This document shows, one piece after another, positions 26,353 to 39,692 of a stretch of DNA of 64,000 nucleotides. The position numbers were made by a program, and so were the translations under genes. A model generated the notes under the pieces. It had not been told where the DNA came from, ran no database searches, and worked only from the letters and a program-made list of their open reading frames with translations. Position 1 is the stretch's first letter. The number at the start of each line of letters is the position of its first letter. Source of the stretch: Camelus dromedarius (taxonomy: Eukaryota); contig NC_087447.1 of assembly GCF_036321535.1 (NCBI RefSeq), forward strand, positions 40,116,001 through 40,180,000. The letters are read 5' to 3'.

Positions 26353-26599
26353 CTGCAGTCAGGGTGAGAAAGAAGAAAGAAGAAAAAAGCAATAGTGACA
26401 GAGATGTGAGGGCTCCCTCTGGGGGAGAGGCGGGAGGCGGCCAGGTGGGCTTGTCACACCCACTACACCTGGCAGGACAGAAGAGCGGGAGGGAAGGGTC
26501 AGAGGAGGAACCCGCCCTGGGCAGGAGGAGGGAGGGGGGAAAGGCAGGCACCCCAGACATGGGTGGAGGCAGAGGCAGGGCAGAGAGCGAGGCTGTCAC

Positions 26600-26818
26600 C
26601 TGGAGAATCTTCTCCTCCACTTGCTGCAGCCGCCACAGCACCCCGGAGAGGGCCCGCGCTCCCTGGCAGGTGGGCGGCAGGGTGGCGGCATTTTCTGGCC
26701 CCCTCAGCTGCAGGTCAGACTTGGCTCTGGCTCTCCAGGGCCTGCTCGGGCACTCGCCACCAGCAGACACTTGCTTTAGCTCTCGGAGCACATGCCCCGT
26801 CACAACCACCGAAGGGAA
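26600..26818 (-). CDS. MICAL2: MICAL2 exon ([17 protein letters not shown]...[11 protein letters not shown]), 219 nt
   Basis: cag/GT; phase 0 to 0; resembles recalled MICAL2 linker. Confidence 0.9.
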
Positions 26819-27801
26819 CTGGGGGAGAAGGAAAATCAAGCTTCCTTCCTAGCTGTGGCCCTCCCATGGACCCCCTCCACCGTGAGGAACCATCATGAGG
26901 ATGAGAGGCAAGGGCACACCAGGTGCCACATTGCGTCAGATTCCAAACTAACCTCAGGGGTTGACTGTCCACCACCTGCATCAGGATCACCTGACATCAT
27001 CCTTAACAACACCGTCCCGGGCCTCACCCCAGACCCACCAAATCAGAGCCTGTGCTGACCTGGTTCTCAAAGTCTGGGTCCAACCCCCAGATATCCTGGC
27101 TTAATTAATCTGGGGCTGAGCACCAGAAATTGATATTTTTGATAAAGCTCTCTAGGTGATTCGTACACAGACATAAAATCACTGCAGTACATCCACATTG
27201 ACCTCCTTTGACCCCCACACCCCCCGAAGCAACGCAGAATTCCTAATGCTGACCAGCACGTTTGAGTGCTGTGGTCTGTCATAGTGATCCTGTTCGTATT
27301 CCAAACCAGAGATGTTAGCTGAAAAAGCCTCAGTCTGTGGCTCAAGGCTCCCACTGGGCAGATCCCCATCTGCTCAGGTACCAGAGGAGATCTTCACCAC
27401 ATTCCAGTCTTACCCCTTCAACGGCTTGCAGCCAGTTGGCCACCTGAGCCCATTCCACTATCACTGCCACTTTTCCATCGATTTAGAAATCAGCCTACTT
27501 AAGAGGTCTACAGATAAGCTAAGTGTCCCAGGGGCATCACTGTGGTCTGCTTTATCCCAGGCAAATAAAGCACCAAAAGCATGGTAGCTGGTTAGTCGAT
27601 GCCCCTGACTGGCATGTATTTTAAGATGCTGCATACTTGGCTAGTCTTATCTATAAGGGTGATGACCTCAAGTTGTGTCTGCCTTCGCAGAGAATCTACA
27701 GTCAGCCCTACATGGGGTGCAGAGAGAGCCACAGACCCCACCCTCTGGATCAAAGTCCCCTCTGGCTTCACCAAGACAGCGTCCCCTGGAAGGAGCCCTA
27801 C

Positions 27802-27924
27802 CTGCCTTTTCAGAGTTGCTGATGGGCTGGGTGTGGGCTGCTCCGGCTTGGGACAGCGAGAGTTAACAGGAGGGTCAGAGGAAGAGTGCAGGACGGGCTT
27901 ACCTATCCCTGAGACACGGTGCTC
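27802..27924 (-). CDS. MICAL2: MICAL2 exon ([19 protein letters not shown]...ATLKRQ), 123 nt
   Basis: Pyrimidine tract plus cag; CAG|GTAGGG donor; phase 0 to 0. Confidence 0.88.
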
Positions 27925-29016
27925 CTGGGAGGAGGAAGGTGAGTCCGAAAAAGCAGCCGCAGGAAATAGGAAGGAAAAGGTGAGTTCAGACTGAGACACT
28001 TGGAGGGAGGAGAGGAAGAGAGGCAGGGAGAGAGAGTGCAGATGCTGAGTGAGCCCTGGGCTGAGCTCTGACAAGCTGGGTCCAGCAGGAAACTTGAACC
28101 CTGGCTCTCTGTCCATGTGACCAGCAAGTCCTGGAGTCCCCTCCTCTTGGACAATGTGTGAATCCCCAGGAAGCTGGCTTCTGGCTCAGACGTGGGACAC
28201 CGGGCAGGCATTGCCAGAGCCCATGCCAGGCCAGGGTGGCTAGTCTAAAAGTCCTCCTGGAAATGGGGATGCTTCCTGCCCACTGGATGCCCACAACAGT
28301 CCTTTTGATGGAAAAGAGCCCTCATCCACACCTGGGCACTGCAAAGGGCCAAGCCTCCAGAAGGGGCAATGAGAAGACAATTCAGACAATTACAAGTCTA
28401 TTTTTTATTATTAAAAAAAAAAAGCTGGCTTCCTGGGGAAGGTCAGTTTGTCCAGGAGTGGCACTGTCCACATCAAGACTAAGGAGACATCTGTGATTGC
28501 CTCTCAACTGAATTAATCAAGAGTTTGTCCTCCTCCTGAGAAAAACCTAATTCTGTCATGTGACAGATGCTTTTCAAAGAAAAACTGACACTCTTATCCC
28601 AGTGTGACAGTGGTGTCCTTGAGGAATTCAGGGGAGCAAATGGAACCATGCAGCACAGACCCCGAGCCAGAATCCGAGAGAAGTCAGCCTGGCCCAGAGC
28701 ATCCTACCTCCTTCAGCCTCACAAGGACCCTGGTCAGACACAGAAGACCTGCCAGGCTGAACCAAGGGAGCAAGGAGACAGGGGCCCCAGAGGATGCTCA
28801 GGAGGCTCTCCATTCCTGTAGGCCCACATGGAACTAAGACCCATGACTCAGTTTCCCCTGGTTTGGATGTGTCCTCTCACCGTGGACTTAGACCCCCCAG
28901 GCAGTCAGCATGCCTAAATCTCCCTCCAGCTGCACCATCTCAAAGATGGCTGCAAACCAAGTCACGGCTGCAAAGCAAAACCAAATCAGGGAAGGGATTT
29001 CCTTTCCAGCACAGAA

Positions 29017-29239
29017 CAGGCATCAGTGAACTATGGTCCTCGGGCCAAAGCCAGCCTGCTGCCTGTTTTGGTAAATTAAGTTTTATTGGCACACAGCCCT
29101 GCACGTTTGTTTACATATTGTCCATGGCTGCTTTCACACTATAACGACAGAGCTGAGTTGCTGCAAGGGAGATCAGATAGCCCCCAAAGCCTAAAATATT
29201 TGCTCTCTGGCCCCTTTTAGAAAAGTCTGCTGACTCCGG
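29017..29239. mobile_element. MER58A-like hAT-Charlie MITE
   Basis: gggccaaa...gttttattggcacacagcc...aagcctaaaatatt...ctggccc motifs; about 220 bp. Confidence 0.8.
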
Positions 29240-29385
29240 ATCTAGAAGGAGCTTGAGTCTCCCTTTGAGCCAGGCCTGGTTGGCTCACCTGAAATCCACC
29301 ACCACTAGCCTGACCTTTCTGCTGGCTTCTCAGTGGGTTCTGGTCACCAGGAAGGCGGCACCAGTGAACATTTGACAGGACTCAC

Positions 29386-29529
29386 CTGCCTCAGGAGTGA
29401 AGGGTTCCGAGAGTTCTCCTCGAACTTGGCCAGCAGCTGACTTGCCATGGACTTGACTTTGTTCTGATTTCCACCTTCTTTACCGCCCTCTTGATTGGAG
29501 CCCAAGCTCTGGCTCAGAAAGGCTGAAGG
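29386..29529 (-). CDS. MICAL2: MICAL2 exon ([16 protein letters not shown]...[26 protein letters not shown]), 144 nt
   Basis: MICAL2/3 motif [16 protein letters not shown]; cag/GTGAGT; phase 0 to 0. Confidence 0.94.
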
Positions 29530-30046
29530 CTGCAAAGGCCAAATTAGTGCATTGGTTGTTGGATCTGGAACCCAGATATCAGGGAGGGGCCTCGGGGGCT
29601 CATGACAGGGACAGTTTCCTAAAAAAGGACACCTTTTGCGGTCTGAGGAAGTGAGGCTGATGCAGCAGGCAAGGCCCAATGGTGACAACGCTCACAGGAG
29701 GGATGTGTCTTCTCAAAGAAGGACACAGACAGACTTGGGAGCCAGACAGTTAGTGTTTGAATCCTCTTTCACCTCCCAGCCCAGCGACCTTGGAAATTAC
29801 TTAACTTCTCTAAAGTTTCCTCATCTGTACAATGGGACCCACTTCCATGTAAGCGATGCAAAAATCAAATGTAGTGATAAAATGATGAGTAAAATAGTTC
29901 TCAAACTACATCACGTGGCTGCCAAGGGGTGAAGGAAACAGGAGGGGGTGTCAGGCAAGGCACAGGCTCTGGGCTTCCCCTCTCTCCTCTGCACCCTTCT
30001 CCCAACATCAACTAGCCCTGCTCTGGTGTTACTCTCTCTAAAAAAA

Positions 30047-30510
30047 TAAACAAGTTTGAAATAATTTTAAGTTGACAGAAAAGTTACAAAGATAGCAGAT
30101 AGTTCCTGCATACCTTTGGCCCAGCTGTACCTAATGTTAACATCTGGGATAATCATGGTAATCACGGTACTGTTACTAAAATTGAGAAATTAACACGATA
30201 TATTAACTGAACTACAGACTTGATTCAGACGGTACCAGTTTCCCACATTTCATGATGATGCATTTCATCGTCATGTCTCCTCAGCCTCCTCTCGTCTCTA
30301 ACAGTTTCTCCATCTCTCTCTGTCCTTCCTGACCTTGGACTGGTCAGCTATTTCGTATAAAGTCCCTCGATCTGGGTTGGGCTGATGTTCACTCATGATT
30401 AGACCAGTTAGGGATTTTGGAGAAGGACCCTTTTCATTGCTTTATTTCGTGATACATGATATCAACATGACTTAGGATGGTACAACGTTGACCATGATCA
30501 CTTGGTTATG
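30047..30510 (-). mobile_element. L1MC-like 3' fragment
   Basis: ttgaaataattttaagttgacagaaaagttacaaagatag...cctaatgttaacatc typical of antisense L1MC. Confidence 0.65.
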
Positions 30511-30579
30511 CTGTTTTACAAAATGGAATTCCATGGAGGATTTTCTAAGCTCATCTGTCAAAGATAAAACTTTGAAAAT

Positions 30580-30703
30580 GTTGTGGTAGCTCATAGTGAA
30601 AAAGAATGTGAAGATGAATATATGTATACTCATGTATGACTGAAAAATTGTGCTCTACACTGGAAATTGACACATTGTAAACTGACTATAACTCGATTAA
30701 AAA
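30580..30703 (+). mobile_element. Very short (124 bp) L1 3'-end insertion
   Basis: Closely similar to 6219-6342; A tail; perfect 14-bp TSD aaaactttgaaaat at 30566-30579 and 30704-30717. Confidence 0.88.
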
Positions 30704-32488
30704 AAAACTTTGAAAATTATCAGTGTCCATCAACTGTCTGTTGCCCAGTGCCACAGTTCTGCCCTCATCCACCTCAGAAGTATAAAGGGCACTGTCATGT
30801 CAAGAGGACAGCCAGCTTTCCCAGGGAGACAATGAACCTCCCTCGCAGGAACAGATGTTCCCAAAACAAAGATATGTTCACTTAGAAGAAATCCATGGGA
30901 AGAGGCAAGCTATAGGCGATTTAAAAAAAAAAAAAAAAAAGATTCCTAGGAGTAGCAGCCCCATGGGAAACCTTGTATGCACAGCCACTGAAGAGCTGGA
31001 CAAACACAAACCAAAGAGTTAGTCCCCACTTCAAAGTGGGGACGATAGCTCTGCCTAGCAATGCAGACTAGAGTGTGAATAGGGCAAGTGTACTGGGGTG
31101 GGCACTGTTTGCACAAGGCCAGAACAGGCCCGGACAGCAGGCCGTGCCGACCAACCAGCCCTTCTCAGACATTCACGTGTACACAAATCACTGGGAGTCT
31201 CCTTCAAAAGCAAATTCAGATCCAGTAGGTCTGGAGGGAGCCCTGAGACTCTGCATTTCTAACCAGCTGCCAGGTGATACTGGTGCCCCTGGTTCTTGGC
31301 CCGCATTTTGAGTAGCGAGAATTTAGAGAGAATCATTGCTTGCTTAAATCTGACTTTAAGCAAAACGCTGGCCCAGAAAGCAGAGCCATTTCAGAAGGGG
31401 CGGATGTGACCAGATTTCTTCCCACACCCTAACTCCTGTGCTGCCAGCAACAGAAACAGCAAACACCCCCTCAAATAAGGCACAGATGAAAGGCGGACTT
31501 CCCCCGAGACAAAATGAATCCAAGGGAAGCTTCTTGGGCGGAGGCGGGAGCAAATCACAGGCACTTAAGGCAGAGCCAACACCCTGTAACTGGGGAATGG
31601 GACGTCTCTCCAGCCCAGTTCTTCAGCCTCGGCTTCATCTCAACTACCTCTCTGTTCACTGGCTTCTCGCTCACATCAGTGCCAAGAGCAACAGCTCTTC
31701 AACCGTATAAGACAGCAGAAGTTTATTCCTAAGTCCTATAAATCAAGCATGAATGTATCCTATAAATTATCCCGCATGCCTCAATGTCATCATTTTGGTA
31801 TCAGCCAGTAGTAGCAAAAGCTGGTGTCCTACAGTTCACAGACAATATCTCTGCTTGCTTTTGTGGGATGAGAACGGCTCTTTGGAATGAGGTATGTATC
31901 TCAGGTTTCTTTAAAGACCTACCTGAGGAAGCAAGAACCAATGCTCTTTTTCTGATCAATTTTTCAGTAGCAGGAGAGAGATTCTGCTACTTGGCTTTGA
32001 CAAAATAGCTTGTAATTTTCTTCTTTTACCAGAAGATGGCACTTGTGGGTGCTGGGACATTTGCCTTAAAGACTAAAGGTACAGAAAACAAAAAGTAGAA
32101 ACTTTGGGAGAAAAGTGGGTCTGCTGGTGCCTCTTTTACTACTTTCTATTAATAGTGATTATATTGTGATGAACCTAAGAGCCAGAGATGACGCCTGGCA
32201 TGTTAGATGTGTCTCCTTCTTTAATCTTTAAAAATCATGCAAAATGTCATACATTTCAAATGTGTCATCTGTGTTTTATAGACATGAGCCACACCCTGGG
32301 AGGGAGACAGAGTTGGTAGGCAGTCAGGACCAGACCCACTGTTCTCCTGTCAAGCCAAGCTTGGATCCCGGCAGTTCATGAGAGGAGAGAAAGGAGGGCA
32401 GGCTGCCTGCCATGGGCAAGTGGGAGGGCTGTGCCCACTGGCTGTCAGGAAACGGGCCTTTTTGGAAACTGACACTGAGCACACGAAC

Positions 32489-32557
32489 CTCATCCAGGTT
32501 GTTGAAGCCTTTCCGCCTCCGCTTGTTCATGTCATTCTCTTCGGTCCGGCTGTCCAC
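32489..32557 (-). CDS. MICAL2: MICAL2 exon (VDSRTEENDMNKRRRKGFNNLDE), 69 nt
   Basis: cag/GT; phase 0 to 0; second basic NLS cluster KRRRK. Confidence 0.93.
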
Positions 32558-35500
32558 CTGTGATGGCCAAGAAAGCATGGTGAGCTCAGGGCCGTCAGGG
32601 CTGCGGTGCCAGCACCGGGGATGCAGCCCTGCCCAAAACAGCTGCCAGCCCAGGAAACAGATGGACAGAAATTACCCTGCACCGTGACCAACGCTCAGTT
32701 CTGTTCAGGCACAGTGGAGGGAGTCTTCCCCCCAAATCAGGCTGAAACATTCCAGAGCACAGAGACTCCCTGTGACATGGGCAGGGATTGTCTCCCCGTC
32801 AATGACCTTGGGCTCGGAGTGGTCACAGCCAGGCCTGCTGATGCTGCCATGTAGAAAGCACCTCCTACAAGGAGGTGGCACTGGCTCACCTTGCAGGCAG
32901 GGATTCTCAGGACTCAGAGCAGCTGTCCAGGGATTTGATGGCAAATTATGCCTGCCATTCAGCCACCATCACAGCTACCAGTAAACAATAGTGTGTTAAC
33001 TTCAAAGCATCAGATATGGCCTGAAAGCTACAGTGACCGTGCAGCCCAGTTTGTGGACAGTTTGATTTATTGCTTTTCCCCAGGCATAATTATGAATAGT
33101 GCCCCCTTTCACTCTCAAAAGTACCTGGTTTAGACAATAAGTTGCATGATTACACTACTGATAATCCCTTCCAGTCTACTTCCTGCTTTCCAAATCTGGA
33201 CATTTAAATCCAGAGAACCCCTCTACCCAAGCTCATTGCATGACCCCTGCAAGGGCCACCCGAGGGCGCACCTGTGATCTGGCTTGTCTCCTCCAGGGAA
33301 GGACAGGGACCGCACAAGTTGAATTGATGCTATGGGTTGGGATGGGGGTGGGGGCTAGATTTAGCACCTCCTCTGTACCCTGCTGGGTTAGCTCTTCCTT
33401 CACACTGCGGTTATATGCTTTACCACCAGTCTCCAGCTGAGACCGTCTCCAAATGGCCAGCTCGTGAGAACCACGGAACCATCCCTACACACTAGGCATC
33501 CCTCCCTGTGGGCCACCTCTATAGCAGGGCCACATTAAATCCCAGCCTGGCCGCCCCTCCCCTCAAACCCCGGTGTACAGCCCGAACAGCCCCACGCACC
33601 CTCACCTCGCTCCACCACAGAGGAGTCTATCATCTCCCCGTTGTTCTAAATCAACAATATTATCAGAGTCCCCAGCACAGTCTACTATGTACTCACTTGC
33701 TTCCAAAGGCGAGCACCTGCTTCCCCTGTCCTTACACTCCCCATCTCCCTGCCCCCTCCTCCTATTGACCAGCACCCTTTAAAAAAACTTTTCAGACAAG
33801 ATCAACCACAGTTTAGTCATTAACATCTGTTCAAAAATGTGACCCTTCCCTTGCTCAGGTCACACAAAACAACAAATCAAAGGGCCCTGCCCTCCCTTCA
33901 ACATTTTCCTCAGCCTCCAATAAATCATTATTCTGTGAATGGAAATAATTTCAACCCCAATGTTTGGGCAAACACCAAGAGAAACAGATGACCTTATTTA
34001 CAACAATGCTGAGTCTCCAAGCCCAGGCCGTCTGGGCTCCCAGCTCCAAGGCCTGGGAATGCCGTGCTGGCCCAGAGACCGGGCCTGTGAAAGTACAGGA
34101 TGTCCTCCCCGACAGGAACACTCCATGCACAGTCTTAGGGTTTTCTGTTGTTCATTTTGTTGCCACCTTAAATGAGGACTTGGCTTTTCCCCTTGAAGAA
34201 CAAGACATTTACTCTTGTTGATTCAACAGCCTTGGGCGTGACTGTTCCAACCATCAGCCTAATGGGGATCCAAACCCAGCATGTCAGCCACAGGCACCCA
34301 GAAAGAACTCCTTGGGAGAGGGTACCTGGTAGCAGCACCTAAGAAGACCTCAAAATCATTCAGGGGGAAGAGAGGAAGTGGGTGGGGGCAACCCCAGCTC
34401 CTTGGATTCAGCCTGACCCACAGGACAGCAAAATGCCATCTAAATGGAAAGGTTAGCAACACATCCCCCCAAGGTCTCTACTCTTCCTTATGGATTTATC
34501 AGGGAAGCACTGATTCTCAACCAAGAGCTAGGTTCCAATAAAAAGCTTGAGAGAACGCAAATCTAGAAATTTATCTAAGTTTTTCTTATCTGCATATCCC
34601 TATTTGTGAAATGAAATTGCCTCCATAACCCCCATCTCTTTGGACTCTATTTCACACCATAAAGAACTGGGATACAAGGAGGAAGAAAATACTTGTGCCC
34701 AGAGATAGCATGAGAGTAAACAAATAATTCACTTCCTTTTCCTATTAATCTTTCCTGCCCTTTCACCCTTTCTTATCATGATTTGCCAATGATTTGAAAG
34801 ATTCTATATCCCAAGACATTTACTAAACTACTTGGTGTTCTCCGTTTCAAAAAGAAAATCAAAGACATATATCTACCAACCTCACCATTTATTTGATCAG
34901 CACAACTGCCTGACTTAAGGTGACTTTAGCCCCAAACAAACCAACTTCATATTTAGTTAGCTGGTGTGGCCTAACCTGGGAGAGATTCAAAACTGGGTCA
35001 CAGGAAGAGAGATTGGCCATTGCGGGCAGTGGCCTGAGAGTAGGGTGGCCACCATGATGTTTGGAGAGATGGCCAGTGACAATGGCAAGAGAGCTCTTCC
35101 CTTCCTCAGTGGCAGAGCAGCAGGGAACCACGGGATCGAGTCCTGACATGAATTACTTCCCAGCTAAGTGCCCTTAGGAAGATCACCCAACTCTTCTGAT
35201 TTTAGTTTCCTCACCTCTAAGATACAATACCATCTAAGTAAGTTAATTATAACTATAATAAGTAAGTCATTGTAAGGATGAGCAAAATCACGTATGTGAG
35301 ACCCTTCTTACACTATGAAGTACTATAGAAGTGTTAGACATTTTAAGTTAGGTTAGTGCTATTCACAGAATCAGAGAATCTGAACAATGCTCTGGCTTTG
35401 ACATTTATCACCTATAGGACATCACAATATAATCTCCTTAAGTCCAAGTTTCCCCACCTCTGAAACTGAGGTGATAATATGTCCCTCCATCATCCTCAAA

Positions 35501-36611
35501 AGGTAACAAGAGGAGCAAATGAGTCATCTGTGACACTAATGTATATCCTGTAAAACGTTGGCTGCATCCTGGCTGTAGTACAGAAGCCAGGGGTCAACGC
35601 AACTAGCTTTATTCATCTTTTCAGAAAATGAGCATCTCTGTTCAGTCAGTACTCCTAAAGGACGGGGACTATCATTTACGGAGCCCCGTCCATGTGCCAG
35701 GGAAGGAGATCAGACCTGAAGCTCACATAAGGTTCAAACATGTGCTGAATCCCCAGCAGACCCAAATGCATATTCGTCAGCCTGGCTTCGAAGTGCACTC
35801 CCATTCTGTACATCAGTGCAGAATCCCAGGCGGGTACACAGAGGGCAGGAGAGAGAGTGACCTGCAAACCACGGGTGCCCTGGGTCGGGTCAGGGTGGGC
35901 ATGCTGCTCAAGGTCTGCACTGGCCCAGCTGGGCAGTGTCAGACCTGGTGCTCCTGACTCCCTCAGCCTTCATATCTCTGAAGTGAGAAGTACTAGAACC
36001 CTAGTGGAAACTTTGGCTGCTGGATGGGTGGTTCTGTGAGGACAGGTGGAGACTGGGAGTGAGAGGAACTTGGGAAGTCACAGTAGAAGCTCCCTTGGGC
36101 AGGGTCCTCGGCCGTCTTGTTCATTGCTGTGCGCCCAGCACTGAGAAGAGAACTTGCCATAAAATGGGGACTCAGTAAATCCATGCTGAATGAATGGGGG
36201 AATGGAAGAGGCATTTTCTTACATAACGGCCATGGGAACTTTGGAAAGTGTTTGTTCAGGAGGGTCAAGGAGAAGAAAGCTGGGAGGGGGACCCTTCAGC
36301 TCAGACTAGACTCAGACCCAAGTCATGCTAAGTGAACCCCACTTTCCAGCGACCAGGGCTGGAGGACCTGGGGCAGAACCAGCCTGCTGAGCAGGATAAA
36401 TCCTGGGGCCACCGATCTGGCTTCAAGGATGGGCTTTCCAGGAACAAATAACAACTTCTGTGTTGTGTTGTCCCTCAAGAAATGGGCTCAGAATGGGGAA
36501 AACAAACATCAGGCACCCTGAGTACACATGTAATGTAATGAGTATAGTGACTGAAGTGGCCATAAATCCAGGCATTAACTTCATGTGGTGAGTACAGAAG
36601 AGCACAGACAG

Positions 36612-36628
36612 AGTGTGTGTGTGTGTGT
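36612..36628. repeat. Short (GT)n microsatellite
   Basis: Run of about 8 GT units. Confidence 0.8.
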
Positions 36629-38911
36629 ACACGCACCCACATGCACACACAGGAGGACAGAGACCACAATATGCATGTTCAGATGTCATCCGTGTGCATG
36701 GTGACAAGGACTCTGGAGTCTCCAGGAACTGCCCCAGGCCACGAGGCTTCTAGATGCTGACCAGGACAGAGGCAGATCTGCAGAAGCAGACCCAGGGCTT
36801 TTTAAAGAGGAAAACAGGATCCCCAGGCTCCTCCCCTTCTCCCCAGGCGTGGGCCATCCAGTCTTCAGAGCTAACCCACCCCAGCAGGTTACCACTCACC
36901 AGAGGCACAACTCTCTTGGTGTGGGATGGGAAAGTCACTCTTTCTAAAAGCAGACAAATTCCTAGATAGAGAAGAAGTCTTCAATTTGCCCTAAGTTGCT
37001 ATCTTTCACTGGAATGCGGATGTTATCAGGAAAATCAGATTAGGGAGGAAAGAATTTAACACCAATATCAAAAACCAGAAGGGAAAGAAATTTTTAAGAC
37101 TGGCCCAGCAGAGAAACAATAAGCCCCCTTCAGATTAAGAAGTCACATTGTGAACAAACATGGGCCACTCAACCCCCAGATCAAGATGCTCCTCTGAAGC
37201 TCTTGTAGTGAGGGGGGAGGAAGGGCTGCGGGGAGGGGCAACGTCGAACGCAGATGCACCTATATGCACAGATCCTATGTGCACTCTGGGGTAGAAAATC
37301 ACTCAAGCACCACCTAGCCTGCGTCTCTAGTCCGTGGGTGCACATGCGCTCAGGCAGTGAGGGTAGGGGGTCTAATTGCACTGACAACTTCCGGGTGGAA
37401 CCATGGTGAAGGCTCATGTGTGTGCAGTTTTTAGTCTCCTGTGCAGACATCCTCCTGTGTGTCCAGGGGCAAACTGGAGTGGACTCAGTACCCTTTGCTT
37501 GTGAAACATGTTAAGACCAAAGAGCATTGCAAATAGATTCCCCAAACCAGGAAAAGATCCAGATACAAGAAGACACACGGCAGAGAGGGGCAGAAGGTAC
37601 TTTGCATGTGGTCTGATCATTGCACTGGCATTCAGTGGTGCACAGTATGCTGGGGTGTTTTAGAACCAGAGCGGAATGTGACCCACCAATCCACCTAGAG
37701 GAAGCATTTGTCAACTTGAGGAGAAAGAGTGGGACAACCAACGCTCATACCAGGCACTCACTTCAATAACCTACCCTCTCTATCCATCTGAGGAGCAGGC
37801 CAAATTTTAGACATTAATTAGGTCCATGGTGAGAATCAGACCCGTGGGTTTTAACTCTCCTCAAGGTGGGCACCCTTGGAGGAGACTGGACTGGGGCCCA
37901 GGGTGGGGTGGGCAGAGCCCACCGCCCCCATGGCATTTCCTAGCTGAGCCAGGGTGAAGTGGAACAAGGACCTGGCAGCCCTCAAGAGGCCTGGAAGGCC
38001 TGGCTGACGGCTGCCTTTTGACCATTCCCACCTCTTGAGCCAGAGCTGGCCAGGCTGTTTGAATTTGGTCACTCTGTAAACAGAGGTGTGGTGAGTGAAA
38101 GGTTTAGACATTCCTCTCCAGTTCCCAGTTGTGGGCTAAGTGGTGGGAGAAACCGAGTGAATGGAGAAAAGTAAATGTTTGGCTCAAAGAGCTTCCAGAA
38201 AGGCTGTACTGGCTTGCCTGGGATGGAGTAGCCCAAAGTGGGGTCCTAAGTCTTCAGAGGAAAAGCAGCTTGGCTGGGGTGGAGCAAGCCAATGACTGGG
38301 CCCCAGAAGATGGCTTTCACTCAGTGTGACCTTTGATGGGTCCCAGTCCCTCCTGCAGAGCCTCTGAGTGGGGCAGCTCAGGGAGCAGCGGGGTGCAGAG
38401 CAGTGGGGAGCAGCTCAGCTGTTCAGCTGCTCTGCTCACACCCGAGCAGACCCACACACCTTCCCGCCCCAGCCCCGGCCCACCAACCCATCCTTTCCCA
38501 CAGACAGGGCGTGACAGAGCACTAAGCACCCGGCTCCTGGGGTTAGCACAACTGCTTCAACTTTCCAGGGAGCGCAACCCTCAGTGGAAAAAATGACCAG
38601 TGATCACACAGCCCCAGGAAAGAAAGGAGGTCACACCACCCCAGCCCCACCCTGAGTGGAGAGGCCCGCAGGACAAGGCTTGACTGGCCAGTGGTTAAGA
38701 GCCTGTCGGCAACCCAGAGACACAGACACATGCAGAGGCTTGCAGCGCTCTGCCAAATGAGGGGAGGGAAGGCAAGCTCCGGGCAGGTCCCTGCAGCCTA
38801 ACATCTCTGGGCCTCCACTTTTTACCTGTAAAGGGAGCACATCAAGCAAGGTAACTCATACCTTCCATAGACAGGCCATCATTCATATAAAACTATAATT
38901 TCTCACTAGGC

Positions 38912-39171
38912 CTGGAGTTTCCAAACTGTGTACCAAGGTACCCTGTGGCACCATTGTGAATTCACAGAGGAGCTGTGATATATTTTAAATTTTCTAAGGA
39001 AACATGGTCATGTCTGTCACAACACTTTGCAAAACACCCCTACCAAGTTTTGGGGACTTAACTACTTAACAAACAAAACTTTTAAGTATTTTTTTTTTGA
39101 CCTGGGGGCAGTGTGAAAAAAATTACTAAGACACCAACGGTGCTGTAAGTCAGGAAAGTTTGGGAACATCT
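38912..39171. mobile_element. hAT-Charlie-like MITE, family not identified
   Basis: Imperfect TIRs gtttccaaact / agtttgggaac. Confidence 0.5.
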
Positions 39172-39692
39172 TCATTAGGCTCTGAACTCCTCAGAGACAA
39201 GGACCCTATATTACTCATCTCTGGGTATTTGCTCTGCTCATCAAAAACAAAGAAAGCATTCAGCCCTAAAGTTGGCATAAGTAGGGCCCAATAAACATTT
39301 GTTGAATGAATGAATTTTAAAAAATGAATGGAATAGAATGTGTGAATGTAGCCTAACTGCTCACCCCTGCCACTAAATGGCCATCGTGTTCCTGATCTAA
39401 ACTGCCTAACAAAGTGCTTAGGAGGCAAAGCTAATCTGATTTACTTTCAGACATACTCACTAGCATGTCCCCCTGGCTCTCCACCATGCCCTCCCCATAA
39501 CCACGTTTAAGACTTTGAAGCTGGCTACGTGGTATGGGGGAAGCTTGACTGAGTTCTACTCATGTCTTCCATGAGCGCCTGATCTGTGTAATTTATCAGC
39601 ATGAACAAACAAACCCAGAACACAGCAATTCCCTTCCCCTCACTCCGCCCACGAGCAAGGAGAACTTAAACAAAACACAGGCCGAAACTTAC

